Source of the DNA: Neocallimastix sp. 'constans'
Taxonomy: Eukaryota
Assembly: GCA_050613775.1 (NCBI GenBank)
Contig: JBODTK010000143.1
Span: 62,001 to 126,000, forward strand
Reading direction: 5' to 3'
Length of the DNA stretch: 64,000 nt
The translations under genes and the position numbers were made by a program. Below the pieces are notes generated by a model. That model saw nothing but the letters and a program-made list of their open reading frames with translations, did not search any database and was not told the origin of the DNA. Of the stretch, positions 1-13,242 are shown one piece after another. The stretch's first letter is position 1, and every line of letters starts with the position of its first letter.

Positions 1-1620
1 AGGACTACGACACCGAAACATCAACTATTCTTACGATATCAGAGGTCCATCTCAGTTATAATACTGCCCTCACTCTCACGAATTTCAACGACTCCGTTTT
101 TAAGCTTGGATGATTGATTCCGGAGCATCAATGAATATTATTAATTCAGCTTCGGTCCTTCTGAAATATACCAAGAAGTAAAAATGAACCTATCTCTACA
201 GCTAATGGAGAATTAATGGACAGCAGTCGTTTCAGGAACAATTTATTTATTGGATATATTGGCAAAAAAAAAAAAAAAAAAAGAAATTCATACTGAACGA
301 TGTATATTATATATTCCAAGGAGTTAATAAGAATATCATGTCCGTGAGTAGGCTTTTTTACAATACAAAAGTTCAAAATCGTCTTTCATAATATTCAAAA
401 TAAATCAGCAGTCTCTATAGATATGACATAATAAGCTAACAATCAACAAGACCATCTCTTGCATTCAAACAGACAATGGTACAGAATTCAGTAATATCAA
501 ATTCCAATCTTTTTTTGTCGAGATAATGGTTATTATTCATAGGTTCTCCGTCCCTTACAACCCCCAGCAGAATAGAAGAATAGAGAGGGGATTCAATGGA
601 ACTCCTCATCTCATCTCATCTCAGCTTGCAAAAAAAAGTCTTCTCCGTCGGTGACTGACTCACAACAATTAAGTCACCAATTTTTGGGAATAGGCTTGTA
701 GATACAGCAAATTATATTCATAATGGTATATCCCATCAGGGCATTAATAATAAATTTCCTTTCGAAATCATCACAAATTCCAAAGTAGACTATTCCTATT
801 CTCGCTTTAAAGTTTTTTTTTTTTTTTGGTTGTATAGTTTTCTTCTACATTCCTAAGACTCCTTTATTTTAGGAGCAAGTTTGATAACAATGCTTCACCT
901 TGGAAAATTTTTCTTGGTTATAGTGAAATTCCTAAAGCCTTTAAAATTTTGGATATTTAATAACCATAAAATTATTCTTTCGAGAACAGTTGAATTTTTT
1001 TTGAGGACACGCCCTGAAAATTCGCTGATTATATTTTTCCTACCCAATATTCAATCAAAAATTTTCTTCCTCCTTCCGAACTCAGGGAGAAAAGTCCCAT
1101 CCTACAACACCACAACCACTCTATTTATTAATCCTACAGACAGACAGGGAAATCAATCAATAAAATATTAACAAATAAAGAAAAGAATAGAAAAAACGGA
1201 AACCACTGACCCTAGTATCAGGAAACAAAAAATATGGAATTGACTATGAAGCAACATTTTCTCCAACATTAAAACAAGACAACTATCTCTTCGATTAATA
1301 GGGAATTCCTAGCATATGGGTTCATATGCACGTAGCTAAACTACGAATAATCAATTTGCTAACAAAAATACTACTACCAAAGTGGGATAGCACGTGACTC
1401 ATTGGGCTAGCTTACTCTAGCCTCGCTTCTCGGGAGTTAGGCACCGAAAAAGCATTCCGAGAAAAATTGTGCTATAAAATCTAAGCAATAATAATGTATG
1501 GTTAGAGTGCCAATGCTGAATAAACAGTAAGACTATCCAGTAGGGACTATATATACACAAATGCCGTGACTACCTTAATATTCCCATGTCTTGAGGGGGG
1601 CATAGGACGGTACACACCGG
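1..1620 (+). mobile_element. Degenerate Ty1/copia LTR retrotransposon remnant (integrase core), frameshifted
   Basis: Broken translations give TDNGTEFSN (~471-495), FSVPYNPQQN (~544-573), FWE..VDTANYIHN (~682-725), FGC.VFFYIPK and KFDN, the usual order in copia integrase. A purine tract TTGAGGGGGG lies at 1591-1600. Confidence 0.8.
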
Positions 1621-1793
1621 AAATAAAAAAAAAAAAAAAAAAAATCTTAATTTAAAAAAGGTTAGAAAAATTTTAATTTATAAAAAATTAGTATTTTTTT
1701 TTTTTTTTATTTAAACTAATTAAACAATTATATCATAATTCAACTCTATGGTACCTAAATACAACCATATTTACTTTTGAATTTTTATTAATA

Positions 1794-1824
<31 letters not shown>

Positions 1825-2939
1825 TATTATTATTATTATTATTATTTTTAGAAGAAAAATTATATTTATGTTTTTTTTTTTGTTAATGATAATTTGAATT
1901 TTTTTTCTTAATTATTTTCACTAATTTCTATTTTTATGTTTACTTTTTCATTTTTAATTTCTATTTTTATGTTTTTACTTTTCATTTTTTAAAATTAAAT
2001 ATTTCTTCCATTTTTTAAAGCCATGTTGGTGGTTCGTTCCTGTTCAGATGCTTGCCAGTCAACGAAAATTATATAGGTTAGAGATGTAGAGGGGAATTCA
2101 GTTCCGGGCAGACGTGTAATGACGTTGTTGTGAGTGGCGACGCTCTACTGGTATGTCAATATATCATCACACCTACAATAATCACTGATGGGACACTAAT
2201 GGGAGATGGGTACTCATTATGTGTGTGTTTACGTATTTCTTTTTCTTTTTTTTTTTTTTTTTCTTTTTTTCTTTTTTCTTTTTTTTTTCGATATTTAATT
2301 AAAGTTTTTAATTTAAATTTTCAAATTAATATATTTCACTTATATATATATATTTAATTTATTTGTTAATTAATATTAAATTATTTATTATCCATTATCC
2401 ATTTTATTCTTCTATAAATTAAATATTAATATTAATTATTTTAAATTTTTTATTTTTTTATTTAATTATAAAAAATTTTTATTTAAAAAAAAAAAAAAGG
2501 TTTATGAAAATTATTTTTTTTTATTTATTATATTAATTAATTAATTATTTATTTATAATATATTATTTATTTATTTTAAATATATAAAAAATATAATAAA
2601 AATGATATAAAGTTAAATTAACATTTTCCGAAATTTACTTTTCCGAGTTTTTTTTTTTTTTTTTTTTAAATATTTTCATCCCTAAGACATACCGTACAGA
2701 AATTAAAAATAAATTAAAAATTTTTTATTTTAATATAGAAACACGAGAATTTAATTTATTTTAATAAAAAAAAATTAATTTATTTTTAATAAATAAAGTA
2801 AAAAAATGTCTAAAAAAAAAAATTTTTTTCTTTTTTATTTTTTTTAATTTTTATTTAATTTTTTTTTATAGACTTTTGTAACTTTTATTTAATTAATGAT
2901 TTCAAAACAAAAAAAAATTTTATTTACTTATTTAATTAT

Positions 2940-3790
2940 TCAATTATTTATTTATTAATTATTATTTATTATTTATTAATAAATACTCTTTTTTATTATT
3001 TATTATTTATTAATAAATACTCTTTTTATTATTTATTATTTATTATTTATTATTTATTATTTATTAATAAATACTCTTTATTATTTATTATTTATTATTA
3101 TTTATTAATAAATACTCTTTTTATTATTTATTATTTATTATTTATTATTTATTATTCAATTATTTAATTATTATTTATGTATATATTTACTTAATAGTTA
3201 ATTGAATATAAAAAAAGAAAGATAAAGGTTACACTAAAATAAATATATCATTTAAAATGTTTTAATTTTTTATTTTTTTATTATTTTAAACAATAGATAT
3301 AATATTTATTTTATTTTATTTTATTTTATTTCATTTCATTTCATTCTTTTTTATTATTTATTTAAATAGAACAATAATTAAAAAAAATAAGACTTTTCTT
3401 TTTTTTCAATTTATTTCATTAATTTCATTGTGGTTTATTATTATTATAATGATGTAGTACTATTTATTATTATTTATTATTATTCCATTATTTATTAATA
3501 AATACTCTTTTTATTATTCCATTATTTATTAATAAATACTCTTTTTATTATTCCATTATTCCATTATTTATTAATAAATACTCTTTTTATTATTCCATTA
3601 TTTATTAATAAATACTCTTTTTATTATTCCATTATTCCATTATTTATTAATAAATACTCTTTTTATTATTCCATTATTTATTAATAAATACTCTTTTTAT
3701 TATTCCATTATTTATTAATAAATACTCTTTTTATTATTCCATTATTTATTATTCAATTATTCAATTATTTATGATTGATTATTCCATTTA
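2940..3790 (+). repeat. AT-rich modular satellite: (TTATTTA)n plus ~34-42 bp units TTATTATTCCATTATTTATTAATAAATACTCTTTT
   Basis: Tandem units are directly visible at 3480-3760. Each contains the 16-bp palindrome TATTTATTAATAAATA. Confidence 0.85.
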
Positions 3791-3979
3791 TTTCATTATT
3801 TATTTGGTGTCACCATCCTCAAATTTATTATTGTTTTAGATTAGGATTATGATTATTCTTAATTATTGTTATCATTCATAAATCAATTCTAATTACTGAT
3901 ATTATAAATCTTAATTATTATATAAATCTTAATTATTATAAAATTCTAATTATTATATAAATTTTAATTTAGCCCAAAA

Positions 3980-4035
<56 letters not shown>

Positions 4036-4454
4036 TTTTTGTTTCATGTCAATTGATGCATTTTTTTTTAATTTATTTATATAAAATAAATAAAAGTATA
4101 AACATTATATATATATATTTTGTTTTCTTTTGTTTTATTTTGTTTTATTTTATTTTATTTTATTTTTTTTTTATTTTATAATAATTTACCAATAAACCAT
4201 AAATAATAGAATATTTATGATACATAATATGAAATCCAATGTTGATGATGATATATTTTATTATAATCAACTAAAACTAATATAAATATAAATATTTTTT
4301 TTATTTATTTAAGTATAAATAAATATAAAACTGTTAAACACGTTTTAAATAGCTATAATTCTATAAAATTCAATTTTTTTTTTTTTTTGTAAATATGTAA
4401 TATATAATTTATAATATTTATAATTAATATATAGAGAATCAAATCATTCTATTT

Positions 4455-4891
4455 AAATAAATAATAAATAATTGAATAATTGAATAATTGAATAATTGAA
4501 TAATAAATAATAAATAATTAAATAATAAATAAATAAATAAATAATAAATAATAATGAGTAATAAATACATAATTTTTTATTCTTTTTCTTTTTTCTTTTT
4601 TTTTTTTTGTGATTGATTTTAAAAAATTATTATTTATTAAAGTTTAATATTTCATATAATATAATATAATTAATATAATTAAAATAAAATAAACAAATAT
4701 GAGTAAAAATGGAAAAAAGATATAAAGATAAATGAAAAGATAAAACACAGAAAATATTAATATATGATAATCATATATTAATAAATAACAAATAAATAAA
4801 TAGTAAATAATAAATAATAATGGAATAATAAATAAATAAATAATAAATAATAAATAATAGAATAATAAATAATAACAAGAGTATTTAATAA

Positions 4892-4940
<49 letters not shown>

Positions 4941-5155
4941 GAATAATAAATAATTGAATAATAAATAATAAATAATAAATAATTGAATAATAAATAATAA
5001 ATAATATATAATAAATAATAAATAATAAATAATATATATATAATAAATAATAATTAATAATTAAATAATTAAATAATAAATAATAAATAATAAATAATAA
5101 ATAATAAAAAAGTATTTATTAATAAATAAATAAATAAATAAATAATTGAATAATA
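4455..5155 (-). repeat. Same satellite family in inverted orientation (AATAAAT, AATTGAAT, AATGGAAT, GAGTATTTA words)
   Basis: Reverse complements of the words found at 2940-3790, interrupted by unrelated AT-rich sequence. Confidence 0.7.
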
Positions 5156-5231
5156 TTTTTTTTATTGTTAATAATAAAATTCTTTTAATAGAATAGATTT
5201 TAAATTAAAAATTTTTTTTTAATTAAAATGT

Positions 5232-5264
<33 letters not shown>

Positions 5265-5514
5265 CCTGATATAAATAAATAAAAAAATTTCTATATTTTA
5301 TTTTTTTTTAATATTTTTTTTTTTTATTTTTCTTTTTTCATTTGCTTTAAAAATTTTTAATTGTTGAACAAATTTATTAATGAAAATAAAGAAAGCAATA
5401 TAAAAAAAATTATATATAAATTATTTTTAACTTTTTTTTTATTTTTTTATAATAAAAAAAAAAAATAAAATAAAATATATAAAAAATTATTTATCTATAT
5501 ATATAATATAAAAA

Positions 5515-5544
<30 letters not shown>

Positions 5545-5545
<1 letters not shown>

Positions 5546-6729
5546 TGCAAGTAATATTGAATAGAGGTGAAAATTTTACGATACCATTAACTGTAGATAT
5601 CTATCAAACTATTTATTGTAATTCTTTTTTTACTAATCAATATTTTGTTTGGGTATGTTTACTCCTTTTAGTAAATAAAGGAAATTGGAAAAGACCAGTA
5701 ATTATTGTTTTAATTTTACATTGGTTATTTAGAAGTATGGGGGATTTCATAACTAATCATAGAGATTTACTTCCAAGAAAGTTTAATCAATGGCCTTACA
5801 GTAATGAAGGATGGACAATTCCCTTTGGTGTGGCTGGTATCTTTTGGTATTTAAGTGAAATTATTGGAGACTGGTATCCCCTACTGAGAACGAAGGCCAT
5901 CGTTTCTAATTCTAAAAAAATTGTAATGATCTATGTCATCTGTATTTTTTATAATTTAGTTAAAGTGGCTCAATTTTTCAATAATATTACATTTATTCCA
6001 TTTAAGGAGGTGAATGGCGAACCATCGGATATTTCCTATTTTCAAGATTTTGGAACCCATGCCATAAGACAGTGGGGTATTGTTATCCTACAGTTGATCG
6101 TAAGTTTTATCTATGATTTGGCCGTCATTAGGACGTTTAAAACTCAAATCTTCAATAAAATAAAGAATGATATGTTGAAGAAAAATACATTCATCACTAA
6201 TTTTAAATTTATATCGGAATATCGTATAAAATTTTCTATGATGGCTACCATCGTATCCTTCCCATTTATATTTGGTTTTTCGTTTCTGTGTGTTTCTCAA
6301 ATGATTAATAGAAGAAAAGGTGAAATTCCCATGGAGTCTGCTGAGATCATACGACAATGTGTTCTCAATATAAATTATACCTTAATGTATATAGATCAGA
6401 TCTTACTTCGTTTCTTCGTAGATCGTAACAATAGAAGTAAATATCAATACATCAATCCTTCTCCTCTTTCTGCCGGTCATTATCGTTTAAAATTCAATCC
6501 TAGCTCCAATACTTCTTCTCAGTATGAAACCGCATCCAATGCCACTAAACATCATAAATATTTTGAATTAGAAAAAATTATTAGTAATAGTAATAGCACC
6601 AGTTACAGTAAATCAACATTATTCAATGATAGTTATTCCAATACTTATTCCAATAATTACTCTAATAGTCGTTATTCTGAAAAAACACCAATGACTAAAA
6701 ATAACAACTATTACTATTTAAATTCTTAA
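5545..6729 (+). CDS. Intronless seven-transmembrane (GPCR-like) membrane protein, 394 aa
   Basis: About seven hydrophobic segments (YFVWVCLLLLV; PVIIVLILHWLF; FGVAGIFWYLSEIIGDWYPLL; IVMIYVICIFYNLV; WGIVILQLIVSFIYDLAVI; FSMMATIVSFPFIFGFSFLCV; CVLNINYTLMYIDQILL), followed by a polar Ser/Thr/Tyr/Asn-rich tail. The ORF is solid; the GPCR call is inference. Confidence 0.75.
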
Positions 6730-7554
6730 CATATACTAAATAATGTAAAACATCAACATAGTTCAAATTTACTATATTAATTAATTAATTAATTAATTTT
6801 TTTTTCAACTATTAATCTCATTATCAAATTACTATCCAACACAAAGAATGAAATATATATATATTTTAAATTAGATTGAAATATTAATAACAAAAAAAAA
6901 AATAATAAAGTATCTTTTTTTTTTTATTTTTTTATTTTTTAGATAATACTAATTTTATTAGTAATTAAAATATTTATAGTTAACAGTTTGAACAATAATA
7001 ATACCAATAATAAAAAAAATTTTTTTTTTCTTTTTTAAAAATGTATTATAAATATAAATTATAGATTTGTTTAATTTATTATAGAATTAATAGAACATAT
7101 TTATACAAAATAGACTAATAAAAAAAAAATAAATATTGTAGAATTAATAAAACATATACATACAAAATAGACTAATAAAAAAAAATAAATAATATTATAA
7201 TAAAATAAAAAAAAAAAATAATATTCTGTTTTAATTAGAATTAACATATATATAAATGAAAAAGAAGTATATAAATTATAAAGATAAATTTTATAAAATT
7301 TATCGGAATAAAATAGAATAAACAAAAAAAAAAAAAAATAGAAATTATAAAATAGATATTTACTAATAAAAAAAACTTTCAGTTAAACAAAATAATTCAA
7401 TAAATTAAATAGAAATAATATTAAGTTAAAAATATGTATAAAATATATTTAATATATTTAATATCTTTAATAAAATAAAAACTTGTTTAATAATCTATAA
7501 TAATAGTAAAAATATATATATATTTACTTCTTAATTTTATTATGTATTAATTAT

Positions 7555-7820
7555 TATTAATTATTAATTATTATTTATTATTTATTATTTAATTATTTAT
7601 TATTTATTATTTATTATTCAATTATTTATTATTTATTATTCAATTATTTATTATTTATTATTCAATTATTTATTATTTATTATTATTATTTATTATTTAT
7701 TATTTATTATTTATTATTTATTATTTATTATTTATTATTTATTATTTATTATTTATTATTTATTATTTATTATTTATTATTTATTATTTATTATTATTAT
7801 TTATTATTTATTATTTAATT
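7555..7820 (+). repeat. (TTATTTA)n heptamer array with TTATTCAA variants
   Basis: Directly visible tandem array. Confidence 0.85.
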
Positions 7821-8833
7821 TTTTAACATTTTTCAAATCTAACAAAAAGTTTTAATAAAAAAAAAAAAAAAAAAAGGGCAATAAAATGAAATGTAATAAA
7901 AAACAAAAAAAATTTTTTTTATAAAGTTATACATTTTCCTTTTTGTTAATCTTTTCTTCTTTCTTTCTTTTATTTATTCATTTTTATATTTACTTATTTA
8001 TTTTTATATTTACTTACTTACTTATTTATTTACTTACTTATTTATTAATTTACTTATTTATTAATTTACTTATTTATTTTTATATTTACTTATTTATTTT
8101 TATATTTACTTATTTATTTATTTACTTATTTTTTTTTTACCCAATAATAATAATAATTAAAAAATTTTTTATATTTATTAATTTTTTTTTTTTTCACTTT
8201 TTAATTTACATAATCAATTTTACCCAATAATTTTATAAATGATTTTATCTTAATTTTAATTTATCTTATTATTATTTAATATTGATTTGAAACAATCGAC
8301 TTTTCAAAAAAAAAATATAAATATATATATATATATTTATTATTAATATTTAATATATTATTAAATAATTATATAATATCATAAAAAAAAATAATAATAT
8401 AATATGAAATAATTATATATCATATAAAAAAAATTTTTTTATATTATGAAATATTTTAAAATTTAATTATTTTATTATATTTATCCATTATATTATTATA
8501 ATTCTAAATATTATTTTTTATTTTCAAGATCAAAATGATCAAAATTAAATTCCATATACATACAAAAAATTTAAAGTAATAAAATTAATTATAACCAATG
8601 AGTAAAAATTAATAAAGAACTGAGATTGAAATAAAATATATAATATATATATATAATTTATTAAAAACTAGCTCAATCAGATATATATTTTATCTATTTT
8701 AAATATTATTTTTTTTTATATATTTAAGAAAGAATCCATTATTCAAATATTTATTATTACATGTAATTTATATCAATAAAAATTTTATATAAAGCCTAAT
8801 GTCAATATAATCTTAATAATTATATAATTTAAC

Positions 8834-10090
8834 ATTCCCCCCCTACATTATAACTTTATTTTTAAATGTTTTATTTTATTAAAGCTTAATAAAATTAAAC
8901 AAATATTTTAAAAATTTTTTTTATTTATTTTTTTTATTTGATTATATTTACATATATTATTTAATTTAATGGCTAAATATATTGAATTATTAAATCTTTC
9001 CATATTTATACCATCAATTAGTTTGGTTAAAAGGATCAGCTTAACCTATTTTCAGTTCTGACATATTGTAACTTAACATCGATATATGCTTACATCTACC
9101 TTTTGTATTTTCTTCATTAACGATTGATAAAACAAGCTTTATTATCAACATTAATTTTAATTTTAATTTTAATTTTTTTTTTTTTAATTTATGTTTAGTA
9201 ATTTTCTTTCGAATAAGATTCTTTAACCATATTCCTATTGTATAAAGCATACTGTTAAACTAACAAATTCAGAGTTCAGCTGTAGAAAGAGTAACAATTC
9301 TTTTGAATTTAGGATTTCCAAATTATTGGACTTTTTTTCCTAATAAAAATAGGTATCCATTTGTTAGATCTTCTTGTATCTTCAATCTTTCGCATAATCT
9401 ATATTTGAATAACCTATTAATTTTTATTTTTTTCTATTTTTTTTTATTTTTTTTTTTTTTATAATGAATTGATTTATGTTTTTTTAGATTTTAAATATTG
9501 TACTATCATTAATAAAGTATTATAATCTATCAATGTTGGATTTTCATTGTGGTTTTGACACTTAATTAACAGTATAGGCAATGTCTGGTCCAAATATTAT
9601 TGATTATTTTATTTTTTTTTTAAAAAAAAAGATAAATCTAACACTTTCTGGAAAAAAAAGAAATCATCAAAAGAAAAATAAGGAAATAATTATATCCTTA
9701 TGTAGACGGTAGATAGATCATGGACCAACGACATCCGTAGGGATGAACTGAAAAAAAAAGTTCAGTAGTAACAGTACCATTTTTCTAAAGGCATAAAATG
9801 TATTATAGTAGATTTCCAATAGAAGCATTCTTTTTTTTTTTTTAATTATCTCGTTCATTACTACTTGACAAACTATTTGATGATAAAAAAAAAAAAAAAG
9901 GTTGTTTTGCCAATCAAAAGTTAATCTTCTTCATAAAAATTCCTTTCGTGAACTAGGGGTCAGTAGTGACTGAATACGGTAATCTAAATGATCTAAATTC
10001 TACCATCATTTTTTTTTTTTTAAAAAATTTTTACCGTCTTTCTATAAACAAACTTATTTAAACATCATTCTTGCAAATGAAACTCCATGT
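8834..10090 (-). mobile_element. Degenerate, internally deleted Ty1/copia retrotransposon (integrase start, RT end, RNase H, PPT)
   Basis: Minus-strand fragments in copia order: TDVVGP (~9722-9745), PDIAYTVN (~9565-9590), NGYLFLLGKKSPIIWKS and IVTLSTAESEF (~9265-9365), KGRCKHI, ADPFTKL (~9020-9040). These are followed by a polypurine tract GGGGGGGAA and TGTTAAA (LTR start) at 8834. Confidence 0.8.
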
Positions 10091-11030
10091 TTTTTTTTTT
10101 TTTTTTTTTATAATATTTATTAATTTATTTTAATTTAAATTTACTTCTTCCAAAATATCTACTAAAAATCTCTACTATTTCTTCTAAAAATTATTATTAT
10201 TATTATTATTTGATTTTGTTTTAATCCTTGATATATATTTACAATTAAATAAAAAATAATTGAAAAAGTAATTATAATATCCAATTTAGTCTAACTTTTA
10301 TTATGTATTTAATCTATAATCTATATATTATATTAATAAATACAAAAAAAGAAATTAATACCATATATATATTTATTTGTAAATTATGTCTTTTACATAT
10401 ATATATGTCTATTTATAATTATTAAAGTTTAATTGATTGATTTTTTTTTAAAAAAAAAAAATAAAAATAAAAATAAAGTTTATTATAATTGGATTAAATA
10501 TTTTCAATATTTTTTTTTTTTTTTTTTTAAAAAAAAAAAGGATATTTTATGTATATATATTATTTACCTTTAAATCATTAAATTTTATGATTTTATGATA
10601 TATATTTTATTTTATTTTATTTTATTTTATTTTTTTACAAATATTTATATGTATAATCAAAAAAATAAAATATTTCTAGGAAATAATCTATAAAAAAAAA
10701 TTATTAATAATATATATACTAATTATATACTAATCTGTTTTTGTTTTTTTTATTAAAAAAAAAAAGTACTCATTTAACTAATAATAACAGAAATTTAATT
10801 TTTATCAATTATAAAAAAATAAAAAAAAAAATATTAAAAAGTATATATATATCTTCTTTTTATTTTCATATTAATATATATATATAAAACAAAAATAGTT
10901 TTATATAAATATATAACCATATATTGAATTTTATTAGAATTCATGGTATTAAATTATAAAAAAAAAAAAAAAAATAGAATTAAAAGCGTTATTTGAATTT
11001 ATTTATTTATTTTAATTTAATAATGTAAAA

Positions 11031-11069
<39 letters not shown>

Positions 11070-11646
11070 AAATAAAATAAAAATAAAAATAAAAAATAAA
11101 AAATAAAAGAAGATATATATATATAAAGATTAAAAATAATTTTTTATTAGTGACTTTCCAAGGTTCTCAATTAATACTGAAATAAGAAATATTAAGATAA
11201 CAAGATATTAAAAAATACAAAAAAAAATTTTAAATGTATATTATATATGTATATTACAGTATAATATTTATGGTATGTAGTTAATAATAATATATGTTTT
11301 ATTAGTTACATAGGCATAAATATTCATCATAAAATAAATGGATAAAGTATTGATAGCTGCTAACATAAACTTAAAATCAAGTTAACCTAATTCCTATCTA
11401 AATATTGATTTTTTTAACAAATGATTATAATATTACAACTTTATTTTATTTTATTATTTATTTTTTTTTTTCTTATAATATATATATCTACATTGTTAAA
11501 AAAAATAAAAAATAAAAAAAGTCATAATATTTAACAATAAAAAAAGGATAATAAATTAAATTAAATTAAATTAAATTAGATTAAATTTTTATTAATAGTA
11601 TTTTTAAAAAAATTTTTTTTTTTTTTTTTTTTATTATATTTTAATA

Positions 11647-12097
11647 TTACTTTAAAAAATTATAAATTGAAGTTATGACCATATCTAATCTTTCCAAAGG
11701 AACATAGTGTTCACAATTATCGGCAATTCGTAATTCGCAGTTCTCCCAATCACAAAAACTTTCTATTAATTGTTTATAATTTGAATTGCATTTTGATTTT
11801 ATATCACAGGTATCATAGAACATTTTATTACATTCATTAGCAGCTAAAACTCGATCACCTACAATCACTCTTACGGGTATATCTTTAATATTTTCTTTTA
11901 AATTTTCTATGGATGACGACTGGTTTAGATTTAAAATATTATTTTTATAGGAGGTTAATTCACTATATACAGTCTACAATATATATATAAATTATAATAA
12001 TATATTTATATTAATATATGGTGTATAAAATTATATTTTATATATATTATATATGTAATTATTAAAAATTTTATTTATTAATATTAAATACTATATA

Positions 12098-12138
<41 letters not shown>

Positions 12139-13150
12139 ATTTATTTTAAATAATACGGATTAAAATTATTTAAAAAAAATAATAATTTCCTTTTTATTTT
12201 CTTTTATCATATTTTCTTATTATATATATATATATATATATATTTTATATTTTATTTTTCCTTTTTATAATTTTAATTTCTTTTCTTTTTATTTATTTAC
12301 CTTATATAAATTAATATTTCTTAATAATACTTTTTCTTTTGGATTAGAAAGTAAGATATCCATAGGTAAACCTATTCCTTCCTCCATACTGCTAATGGAA
12401 AGAATATCAAAGTTAATAGCTGAACTAAATCCACTCCAATAAATATCAGAATTTATTCTTACAAAATTATTTAATAAAAAATTACTATCAATAAAATCGG
12501 GAGTAGCAAAGAATGGCTCGATTAAAATCATACCTAAAATTTTATCTTTATTATGTATAGCAAATGATGTTGAAATTAAACTTTTATTGTATTTTATAAA
12601 AATGAGGAAAAAAAAAATACATTTATATATATATATATATATTTAATAAATTTTAATTCATATATATATATTTAATTTTATAATTTTATTTTTATTTTTA
12701 TTTTTATTTTTTTTTTTTTTTTTTATTTTCTTTTTTAATTATAATTATGCTTTCTAATTATCGCTATTAATACTAATAATTTACCTTCCATAGGAATGGC
12801 TTACAAGTATAAATGGTCCATCTAAGTTAGACTGCTTTAATAATTCTGTCAATTCTTTTTCTTCTTGATCTTGAGTTCTTGGAAATGAACCTGGATCAGA
12901 CCATCCATAGCTAATAAATATTATATATAAAAATAATGGATATATATATATATATTATTTTTTTTATTATTATAAAAAATTATATTTCATTAATATCAAA
13001 TTGAAAAATTTTTTATTTGTTTATCTATTTATTTTTATAATTTCTATTTATTAATATTAAAAAAAAAATTGAATTCTTTTATTATTATTATTATTATTAT
13101 TGTGGTTAATATTATAATTATTATTGATATTACTATTATTATTATTATAG

Positions 13151-13191
<41 letters not shown>

Positions 13192-13211
13192 TTTATAATT
13201 ATTATTATTGC

Positions 13212-13242
<31 letters not shown>

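Noticed and set aside
3480..3760. CRISPR-like look of the regular ~34-42 bp repeats
   Set aside because: No unique spacers, no cas genes and a eukaryotic context; it is a satellite.
7555..7820. (TTATTTA)n as a telomeric repeat
   Set aside because: No G-rich strand, internal location and both orientations present.
7101..8230. Hydrophobic F/I/L/Y-rich ORFs (also 13057-13311, 16764, 23737, 25392, 48900, 49554)
   Set aside because: Low-complexity AT DNA translating by chance; 13057-13311 lies mostly within a hydrolase intron.
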